Shown one piece after another: positions 12,728-23,216 of a stretch of DNA of 64,000 bases; position 1 is the first letter of the stretch; each line of letters starts with the position of its first letter. A model generated the notes under the pieces. It worked only from the letters and a program-made list of their open reading frames with translations, did no database searches and was not told where the DNA came from. The stretch is from Gnetum montanum (lineage: Eukaryota > Plantae > Gnetophyta). The position numbers and the translations under genes are program-made. The DNA lies in contig MNCI01000614.1 of NCBI GenBank assembly GCA_015680685.1, positions 469,655 to 533,654 of the forward strand. Reading direction: 5' to 3'.

Positions 12728-14390
12728 TATTATTGGTGCTAGCAATATCCCTTGCTAAAATGGCAGAAACTAAAAGATTTGAGTGCCCAAATAGTCTTAA
12801 TCTTGAATCCCAAGGGCCTTCGAAAAAATTGGATTCAAGGTGCCCTAGATGGTCTTTTCGATCACCTAAGGAGTTAGAACATGTGAAATGGAAATGGTTG
12901 TGAAAACATAGACATATTCATAGACAAATTCATAGATGAAAAAAAAATGTAGATATATTTGGTCAAATAAAAATGGAAATAGAATTGCAATTATAAAAAT
13001 AGATGAAAAAATGGAACCAAAAACCAAAAATTACACAACATGAACTACCAAATTTTATATAAAAATATAAAAAGAAATGGGTTCATGATGTACAAGTGTG
13101 TGCCTAGGGGCAGAGGAAGTTGCTTGTGAAAGCTTGAAGTCCATTAGGGAAGGCTACCTCCACAATCTAATTTTTTTCTAGCATTAGTTTTCTACTACTT
13201 TCCCTTAGTTTACACAAAATATAAAAAATTGAAATGGAATTAGTCTTGCATGTTTGAACTAATGGAAACCATGTGGAAGTCTTTGTGCCCAGTGTAGTCC
13301 TAATTTATACTATCAAATGACACTCCTAGATGAGGTTGCAATGGTTGTGATGGATTATGATGGCTGGAAATGGAAAATGGTATTACTGCAAATAGTTGAG
13401 AAGAAAGATGTCAAGTGCTCAGAATTGCTACATGGGATGCAAAAATTCCAAAGTTTGAAACCTAAAATGATGTTAAGGTTGGTTATTTATAGGGTTAGGA
13501 TTGCCATTTTTGGATTTGTAGTTGATTGCCATTGATTGCTAAAAAATTATTGTTGATTGTGGGTTTACAATAGTCACTATTTCTACCATAGTTGATTAAC
13601 TATTGTTAGCATAGTCTACTCAATATAGTTTGCTAGCTAGTGTCAGTGTAGTCCATTAACTACTTTAGAATAAACTACCTAGTGTAGTATACTAACTACT
13701 ATTAACATAGTCCACTTAGCATAGTCTGCTAACTACTATCAATGTTGTCTACTAACTACTACCAGCGTAGTTACCAGTCATGGTAAATCTGAAATGGAAT
13801 ACACTAATAAAGCCCATCTATTTACTATAAATAGAAAATAGGCTTTTGTGACTATGCTAAAGGTGCTAAAAACTGAAACAATGATTTGGAACTACAAAAA
13901 TGATGTGATCCATTGGAAAGTGGTTTGCCTAGTGGTGAATACTATCTATGTTGGTCATTGTTGACTTGGAATGACTATGCTAGGTGTTGTTGGAAAACTA
14001 GAAATTCCAACAATCCCACCATTTCACTTCCATTGGGTCCTATTGGTGACTACATTGGTTGTAGCCATTGTGACTACTAGAAGTGTAGTTCCAATGACTA
14101 CTAAAAATGGCTCCAACGTAATTAGAGGTATACCCCTACAAAAAACCATGAAAATGCTAGTTTTGACCATTCCAAAGGCATTCTTAGCCTGCCCAAGCCT
14201 AGATATGGGTATGGGATACCTATTTCTAGTTGGAAATTAAGGAAATAACAAATTTTGAAGCATTTTTTGGTTCTAAAATGTTGAAGTATGCAAGATTATA
14301 GCTCTTGGTCTACATATCTCCCATTTTCAATGAATCCTTGCTCCAAGTTGGAAAATGAAGGTTGTAAAATGAAATTTTAATGGTGTTTCA
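12728..14390 (-). repeat. LTR of element E (flanked by a PPT on one side and a PBS on the other)
   Basis: Starts TGAAACACCA at 14390 (minus); collinear with the LTR at 59448-61017; TATAAATA at ~13485-13492 (minus). Confidence 0.85.
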
Positions 14391-14657
14391 TTGGACCTTC
14401 TTTATTGATGTCTAGAGGATTGATCCAAGAGACAATGATAAAGAATACAAAACACCACTACAGGTCCATCACCAATGTTCCCCCTCCATGCTTAATCTAC
14501 AAGTGTTGAATCATGCCCAAGAGTACTTGTGATGATGAAAGAAGGTTATGATAAAGAAATGGTAAAGAGCTCATAAGAAAATGGTTATGAGGGCTAATGA
14601 TGCATTCCAACTATTGACACCATGGATATGGCATCACACTAACATGTAGGTTAAGCA
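14391..14657 (-). mobile_element. PPT and 3'UTR remnant upstream of the E LTR
   Basis: The reverse complement aligns with 59180-59447; AATAAAGAAGG purine tract lies 4-5 nt before TGAAAC. Confidence 0.75.
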
Positions 14658-15279
14658 AGTGACCTAACCATGGCCATCACGCCAAAACCCATTTTTGCAC
14701 AAGTGAACAAAAACAATCATAATACCCAAACCATTTATCTGAATTCAATGATTCAAGATTTTTGCAAATCGTTGAATCATAAACTAAAAGTATATAGTAA
14801 TAAAAGTTAAAATTTCTTAATATTTCACTATTAAAATATACAAAACTTAGTCAAAATGGCATTATAATAGAAAACCCACTTGATGTAGCATGACAAAAAC
14901 ACTCATAGAAAATTATTTGTTATGCGAAATTGATTGGTTTGAAAATATTGTTGATTAAAAAATAGTAGGAAGAAACCTCATAGCCTTAGAGAAATTAAAA
15001 ACCCAACAATTTTCTTGGAGAAAAATCTAAAAGTGACGTTGCTTCTTTGGGTGGTAAAAGCAAAAAACCCATGAAATTCATGGAAAAAGCATTTAAACTT
15101 CAATGTGACCAAAACCATAAGCCTAAGTAACATCAAAAAAAATAAACATGGCCTAAATATACTATGGGATTTTTATGCAATTTAAAAATAACAAATATAC
15201 AAGCATAGATATAAACAATAGAATAGAAACAAAAAAATAGAAAACAAAATAGAATAGAAAACTAGTGAGAATGATGTAC

Positions 15280-15722
15280 CTGGGAAATACTATGGTGGAA
15301 TCTTCTCCAATACTTACACATGGTAGATGTGATAAGGTTTCAACATTGGCATCCACCTCCTCCAACACAAGGTTCTTCATAGCTCTAGTCTTCTTTTCCA
15401 TGATGCCAAGAGAGTATGAGAAACATAGAAAATCCCTATTTTTGGAGAGACTACGCTGGCAGTATTGCAACAATGGATGGACTATGCTAGCAATAGTCCT
15501 CTAATGGCTACTACTATGCTAGGTAGGGTAGTAGAAAACAATAATGTAGGAAGAGCTCTTTAACTTAGGTCTAGTGGTTATGAAATTGAAAACAACAATG
15601 TTTCTTCTAAGTTTTTTTTTAAAAATTTATACCAATCCAAACCTAGCACCCAAGTGGAAACCCTAGTTTTTTTTTTAACTATTCCAAAAAATGGAAACTA
15701 GGACTACGATGGGGTATTTATA
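15280..15722 (-). pseudogene. Antisense cargo gene, TATA box and exon 1 (element C copy)
   Basis: TATAAATA at 15715-15722 (minus). MEKKTRAMKNLVLEEVDANVETLSHLPCVSIGEDSTIVFP aligns with B LVLAKVEEVKKALRHAPQACI. Donor AG|GTACAT at 15280/15279, phase 2. Confidence 0.65.
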
Positions 15723-15799
15723 AGATTTTTTGAAAAAAGTTTCTATTTTTGGCTAGACCCCACACTATACTTTCCCAAGAATAACACAAAAATCCATGA

Positions 15800-18700
15800 C
15801 TACACTGGGAAAAGTGGACTTCTAGATGGACTATGCTAGAGTTAACACTTCAAGAAGCCATGAACAGCTCACACTTCCATTTCACATCCATCCTATCTCT
15901 CCAAAACCTAATTTGGATGCTCTGAAATCCAAAATATGGTGAAATATGAAAGGTCTCATGATTGCACTAATAGGGGATCAAGGACTACGTTGGGCTAGCA
16001 TAGTCCCAAATACTGCTAGCATAGTCCATGATGGGATGGACTTTTAGAGGTCCATCCAACCTCTAAAAGCCTTCAAAACAATCATCCAACCTTACCAAAC
16101 CTTGTCTAGAACCCTTAATAGCATTGGGACTTGATTGAAGGCAATTCAACTATGAGAAAAATCAAGCTTCTTCACTAACTACATTGAGGGAAGTGAAGGA
16201 CTATGCTAGGCAAGCATAGTCCTAGCCACTACCTAGCATAGTCCAACATCATACCTTGCATCTTACAACTCCAAGCAACTAATCCAATCCATTCAACCCT
16301 CAATTAACCTTAAATCAACATACTATTTTCCCAAACCCTATTTTGAGCCTCCAACATGCTTGAGACATGGTCGACGATCGTAGATGATGTCACTTTTTCC
16401 TTTTTCATCATGACTACATTAGGGAGAACTAGGGACTATGCTAAGCCAACATAGTCCCAAGATTCCATAGACAATAGACACCATACTAACCCTTACACAC
16501 CTCCAAATTTACCTTTTTAAGCCTCCACACCCTGCCAAGACCCCTAGCAACCCCAAACTAATAGTCAATCAATCAAAAACCTTAAGAAAATCAACAAAAC
16601 TATGTTCCCACATGGGATTATGCTAGGAACTAGAAGTATTACATAGTGCTATCATAGTCCCAGTGACTAGCCAATGTAGTCCACTCAAAAGACCAAAAAA
16701 AAACTCATCATTTATGAACTACAACTAAGCTTCCAACAACACTAGAGCATAAAACTTGATCAACTCTCACTACTTCCTCCACTTATGGCATTGGGACATG
16801 GACTACACTAAGCTAATGTAGTCCCTACCTAGGGTCTAGCATTGTCCCATTGAGGCTACCATGAAATACCAAAAAACCATGAAACTTGACTCCTGTAAGC
16901 CCCAAAATCCTAAATTAGGCCTATTTAACCATGAATCCTACTCTTCAACCACATTTTGATAGTTTTTACGAAGACTATGATAAGAGGGAAAGGGGACTAC
17001 ACTAGGCTAGCGTACTCCCTATCCAAGGCCTAGAATAGTCCCATGGAAGTTGTCCAAACACACCAAAAATCATGAGATTTGACTTTGACAAAACTCCAAT
17101 ATCCAATCTGAGCCAATTTCACTCCAAAAACTTGCATTTTCTACCAATTCCAATTATCCTATACTGACTATGCTAGATTGAACTTGGACTACATTGGGCT
17201 AATGTAGTCCCCTCTAAAGCCCAATGTTTCCTCTAAAAATTGATGTAAAATTGTTAAGAAAGACCTAAAACTACCTTCAATCAACCCTAAAGCCTTGTCC
17301 CAACCAATTTAGTGTTAAATCAGACCATCTTTCATTCTTTCTTACCACCCCAAACTAGACTACATTGGATGAAGATGGGAACTACACTAGGTCAGGATAG
17401 TTTCTTCCCATGGCTAGTGTAGTCCCTTCAAAACTATGCAAGAACCATTACAAATGACCTAAGACTCATGTTAACAAGCCTGGGAAGCCTGCCCAAGCCT
17501 CTGTGACCTCTAAAATAGCATTTTTTCATAATTTTAATAACAACCACTTGACTACACTAGAGGAAGAAGAGGACTACACTAGGCCAGCATAGTTCATGCT
17601 TGGACCTAGTGTAGTTCTTATCAAGTTGATAGAATCCATTAGAAACCATGAAAATTAACCTCTAGAAAATGCTAGAACTTCACTCAGAGCTATCTGCTAG
17701 TAGATCTTGCAATTTTTCATCATTCTAACCACTACAAACTTGGACTACACTAGGGAAGAAGGAGATTATGCTGGGCTAGCATAGTTCCTCTTCATGGTGG
17801 CATAGTCTTGTTCAAAAATTATAAAAATTATCAAAGACTTCTCATATCGACACCTAAGAATCCTATAATGCCATTTGAAGTTTCTTCATCATAGAACCCA
17901 TAATTTTTTCAATGATTTTAACCTTCTAGATTGAGCCCATGTTGAAGGAAAATAGGACTACATTGGGCCAGCATAGTCCCTCTCTAGGCCCATCATAGTC
18001 CTTCAAAATTGATGGAATTTATCAAAAATGAATACAACTACTATAAAAAAACCTTGTCCAAGCCCATGTAGCTTCAAAACCTTGTTTCTTACCATTTCTA
18101 GTCAATTCCACCATGACTACATTGAAGTAGAGTGAGCACTATGCTAGGCTAGTTTAGTCCCTCTCTAGGCCTAGCATAGTACCTCAAAATTACATGAAAA
18201 ATTTGCCAAATTTCCCCAAGTTCATAGCAAAAGGCCCCAAAACCTTGCCAAAACTTCCATCAACCATTTGAATTCCCATTAATCACTCCAAGCTTGAATT
18301 ACATTGGAAAGAGATAGGACTATGCTAGGCCAATGTAGTCCTAGCCTAGGTTTAACATAGTCCACATTTTGACTCCCAAAACAAGCCAAATAAAACCTAG
18401 AAAACACCTCTGTTGACTACAGAACCTTCCCAAAACACAATAAGACTCCTAAACCTTTCATTTGAGTTGAAATACATCATTTCTAGACTTCTACATCATG
18501 ACTATACTAAGGAGGAACTGCAACTATATTGGGCAAATGTAGTCCCTTCCAATCCATAGAGTAGTCCACATTGAACTACATAAGATGAATTAAAAAACAT
18601 CAAATCCCCTCTTGATGAAACCTACAGCATCATTGGATCCTATCTAGTAATGGGGCCTAATGTTTCTCATCATTTCACACCCTTGCAATCTTACTATGCA

Positions 18701-19750
18701 AAGAATGAGTTGGGACTATGCTAGGCCAACATAGTCCACTTCCAAGGCCAACATAGTCCACTTCTAGGACCAACTTAGTCTCCATATACTTGCCAAAACA
18801 TTTTCCCATATTGCTCAAGGTTCCCTTGTATGAGTCCTAGGGATTACTGGAGTTAATTTTGATTGAAAAACTTGCTTGTTTCATATTTTTCTAAACTCAC
18901 TATGCTAACAAGAGGTTAGGACTATGCTAGGCTAGTGTAGCCTCTATCCAAGCCTAGCGTAGTCCACTTTAGACACTCCAAAAATCATCAAAAATATCTT
19001 AGAACTCATATTTTTGAAGTCTTGGAACACTACTAGAGTTGATTTAAACACTAAAACTCAATTTCTACAACTCTAGGAATGCAAGTACATTGAAGAGGAC
19101 TAGGACTATGTTAGGCCAACATAGTCACTACCCAAGCCCAACATAGTCCATTCCAAGATAGTCAAAATACCTCTAGAACTACCAAAATCAACTCCAAAAA
19201 GATTTAGAACCTAACTAGAGCATGCCTAGACCCTGGAACTTTGGGAAATGAGCCAAAATCCACTCTTGCTCAACCTTTTCTCATCTAGAATCCTTAATTA
19301 CACTGGGTATGGCATGCCTAGTGTAGTCCCGTGGTATCTATCCATCCAAGATGCAAACAAGCATAAAAATTATCAATTTCTACACTAAAACCATTGCTAG
19401 TGATACTAGTGATCCTAGAAGCCCATTAGGATAGTCAATCAAGTCACAAAACTGACCAAAATCCATTTTCCTAACTATACTATGTTGAGGAAGCTAGAGA
19501 CTACACTACAGCAGCGTAGTCTTTCTTGGAAGGGAAAATGTAGCAACAAAATCTAGCAATAAACAACTTAGAATGATTTAAAATTTAACTAGGGTGACCG
19601 TAACCTTATCCCCATGGCTCCCAAGTGCATATTTCACTTTCTTTCAGCCTTGGAAACCTAATAACCTTAGTCATTTCTTGTGACTACATTGGAGCATGCT
19701 AGCCTGTGTGGTCACCTCTTAGAAGAAGATTTTTAGGCTTTTGGAAAGCC
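15800..19750. repeat. Degenerate tandem array, ~190-bp period, palindromic core GGACTACGCTGG-G-CCAGCGTAGTCC
   Basis: Cores at about 15982, 16198, 16432, 16800, 16994, 17186, 17379, 17571, 17762, 17955, 18136, 18317, 18520, 18712, 18919 and 19103, most with flanking half-sites. Confidence 0.85.
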
Positions 19751-19939
19751 AAAATGATGTCAAAAGGTGCTAATCTTCAATAACTACCTCTTGAGCTAGC
19801 TATTTAGACCATTAAAATCCAAAAAATGATCATACCAAGCCTTGGGATATGCCTTTGAAGGTCAACTATGCTGGAGGTAGTCAAGATTATGTCAAGATCC
19901 AGATTATCAAGATCTTGAGCTTGAGAGTCTTGTCAACCA

Positions 19940-20530
19940 CATAGCCTCAATTTAAAAACCTCTAGAGTGGCCTAAAACCCTTATTAAAACCTTTGACTTG
20001 AGGCTGGTGACATAACTAAAGATTCTCTAACTAAGGTTCCTCTCATAACACAGTGATGAGGAGAAAATCCTTAAACTAAGTCCCTCACTGAAATCTCAAC
20101 AAGTTTAAGAAATCACCAAGGTTCTACAATATAACATTAAGACCTTTTCCTAGTCATATGAAGATATGCCAGGCTTAGATCCATGTCTAGTCCAAGACAA
20201 CATACTTGATCCTAGCATTAAACTAGTTAAGCAAAAAGAATGCAAGATTAGACCAAACCTAACTTGATAGTTCATGATGAGATCACAAAGCTATACTAAG
20301 CTAATTTCATTAGATTTGTTGACTATAAAAAATGGGTTTCCAACATGCTTTTAGTCCCTAATAAAAATTAGAGTATCCACATTTGTATTAATTTCCAAGA
20401 CCTAAATAAGGTAACCATCAAGAATGATTTTCCTTTTCCTAATATTAACCAACTTATCGATACTACAACTGGACATGCCTTACTGTCCTTTATGGATGGG
20501 TTGTCAGAATAAAACTAGATTAGGATCAAC
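19940..20530 (+). pseudogene. pol: Element C pol, N-terminal RT part
   Basis: Homologous to 4060-4645 and 32900-33488 (DMPGLDP, DLNKVTIKNDFP, SFMDG). Confidence 0.9.
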
Positions 20531-22224
20531 TGAAACACCCTAAAAATTCAAGGTCATCCTTGCTTCGCTAGGCTCTTGCAGTCTATGCAGCACTATGGTA
20601 ATTCATCAGGAAGAGAATGTTCTGAGTCTAGGCCGAACAGTTTGGAAAATTTTCTACTTTGAGCATGGACAAGTTCTGTACCAACCTACCCTCCCACCAA
20701 AGTATCCTAAATAGGTGGAAGCCTACTTAGAAATAGTGTGCAGAATCAGCAACAGCATTCTGGATGTGCAAGAAACAGTTCGGCAAGTTTTCTAAGTCAC
20801 GAAGCCTGCTACGCTATGTAGCGTAGCAAGCTTAAGAAGATGATGGCGGAATGAAGTGCTATGCTACGTGACGTTATACAACGTAGCATAACAATGACTT
20901 CACTACCCACTCCCCTCACCAAATTTTGAGTTCTAAAGTGATGTCCGTTTCTGTCAGGAAGTGGCGAACCATGTCTACTACTACGCTACGCTGAGCTACA
21001 TGGCACAGCAAGGCATAGCAATCTTGTGGAAGAGATAGAAGGTAGTTAGAAAGGCGAAGTCAATGGAGTCCAAAAGACTTGCATCGTAGGAGACAAGGTT
21101 TGCAAATCAGCAAAGATTTTGTGACTAAGTAAAGTTGCCATGCTATGCTATGCTATGTAGCATAGCATAGCATAGCAATCATGTGACATATATTAGAACG
21201 CATGACAAAGTGCTACGCTATGCCAAGCATGCTACATCACAAAGCATAGCAAGGCATACAGGTGGTTGTGCGACATCAATGCACTCCACCTAATCAGACT
21301 GTTGGCACATGTCTTCAAATGCTGATGATGTAATTATGGCATAGTAGGATTGTACTTATTGTATATAATTTTGCATCACAATGGTCTTGTAGGTCCAATG
21401 GTCACAAACGACATGAGTGGTGCCAGCAAGAAAATCAAGGCCTGAGGCACGTAACATTCAAACCACCCCTTTCGCACACCCTCGGTCCTATAAATACCCT
21501 GGAAAATAGCATGCAAAGAGGTCCACAATTTTTAAAAGTTGGCAATTTCAAAAGAGTTCGCATGTTTCTTGAAGCAGATAGCTTCCAAGTGGTGGGAACT
21601 TTGAAATTTTGAAACAAATATTTCCCCTCTCTCTAGCATTGTAATATCAAAGTCATCTATCTAACACTGTAAATAGTGAGTCTCTCTTGGCTGGCGTGAG
21701 GTCCCCATATCTATTCTACCACCTTGGTAGAACCCTGCATTGTTTGTACACGAGTCCGCATCCAAGCGCATAGCTCTTTTTTCTCGGCACACCTTGGTTA
21801 CCCTCAGTATTTCTACACTCCGTCACACTATGCAGCCGATTGTATCCACCCTAACCAAGTGAGTTTGTAGCTTTGGAGTGGTGCATGTTTCTAACTACAC
21901 TTTACTTTATCTCTCATTTTTCATCTCACTTTTGCATTATTTTCTATCTTATTCTCTTTTAAGCATTACTTCATATTACTATCGCATTTTTACAGTTTCT
22001 CTCGTGCTTCATTTACCCTTAAGCATTATCTTGCATTTCGCATTATTTACGTTGCAAAAGGCTATATTGACGCCAATGTAGGTCCCTGTCTGATTGATCA
22101 GATAGTTCAGGGCACTCTGTGTCTACACACACCCAACACGGCCCTCCCGTGGATACGGGGTTCGAACTGTCGTGCCCGTTGACCCCTGATGTTCTTCCAG
22201 CCGCTGACATTTTTGGTCGCTACA
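20531..22224 (+). repeat. 5' LTR of element B (1694 bp)
   Basis: TGAAACACCC...GGTCGCTACA; collinear with 37529-39229; TATAAATA at ~21489. Confidence 0.95.
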
Positions 22225-22230
22225 GTCTTC

Positions 22231-22247
22231 TAGTGCTAGAAGGAGGG
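22231..22247 (+). promoter_or_regulatory. Primer binding site (tRNA-Asn-like) of element B
   Basis: TAGTGCTAGAAGGAGGG, two transitions away from TGGCGCTAGAAGGAGGG, 6 nt after the LTR. Confidence 0.8.
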
Positions 22248-22350
22248 CCTTTTGGTGCTTTTTTCACGTGCCATGTTAGTTCTGTGAGCCTTCTGCACCA
22301 TGATACACATAAGTGTAAATGTGACACCCTCCTGTGGTTGTTTGCTCTTT

Positions 22351-23146
22351 GTGTGGTATAGACCGATCACCTCGACAGCTCCTCGGGAGCCCTACAGAAC
22401 ATAAGGCCTCCGATTGTCAGCTAACTAGCTTATTTTATGGTTGTCTTGCATGCGTTCTATACCTCATCTCGTGTGGTACAGATTGGTCACTTTGACGGTC
22501 CCTCCAGGATCCCGCGAGACACAAAGCCTTCTTGATCGCTAGTTAGTTCGCCTGTCTTACGGTTTTCTTGCATGCGTTCTGGACCCCACCTCGAGTGGAA
22601 CAAACCGGTTGCTTCGACGGTTCCTTAGGGATCCTACAAGACGTAAGGCCTTCTAGTTTAGCTTGCTCACCTTACAGTAGCCTCGCAAGACTTCTACACC
22701 CAAATATGCATTAGTGTAGACTCGACACCATCTACAGTTGTTTACGCATCATACGGTGTAGATCGATCGCCCTGACGGTCCCTTCGGGACCCTGTGGGAC
22801 ATAAAGCCTTCTGACAACAAGTTAACTTGTCTTCCCTTTTACAGAAGTCTTGCATGCACTCTGCACCCTAGCTAGCACAGGCATAAATGTCACACCCTTC
22901 TGCAATTGTTTGCGCCTTGTGTGGTGCAGGTCGGTCACCTCAACGGTCCCTTCAGGATCCTGCGAGACATAAAGTCTTCTTAATCGCTTGTCAACTGAAC
23001 TTGCCTTACGGTAGTCTTGCACGTGCTCTGTACCTCATCGTGCACTGGCATAAATGTGACATCCTTCATGGTTTTTTAGGCTTTGTGTGGTATAGATCGG
23101 TCACCTCGACGGTTCCTCTGGAATCCGGCAAGACGTAAAGCCACCT
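22351..23146 (+). repeat. Six ~60-nt hairpin-containing repeats in the 5'UTR of B (spacing ~120-165 bp)
   Basis: Units at about 22351, 22471, 22594, 22753, 22920 and 23085: GTGGTACAG.CCGGTCACCTCGACG-GTCCCTTCGGGA.C-CTGCGAGACGTAAAGCC. Confidence 0.8.
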
Positions 23147-23216
23147 TTGGTTGCTTTTTTAGCCCTTTTGTTCTTTTTGCACTTCTTGCATTTTTTGCAT
23201 AATCACTTGCTTAGCA

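Noticed and set aside
15800-19750. CRISPR-like appearance (palindromic repeat plus variable spacers)
   Set aside because: Repeats are degenerate, linkers are ~120 nt and related to each other, there are no cas genes, and the context is a eukaryotic retrotransposon.
21435-22361. Short ORFs duplicated at 38429-39187, and similarly 13971-14240 vs 59616-59867
   Set aside because: They recur only because they lie in LTR copies; no domain motifs.
22351-23146. Hammerhead ribozyme / retrozyme in the 5'UTR repeats
   Set aside because: The CUGANGA and GAAA core is not found in the right arrangement on either strand.
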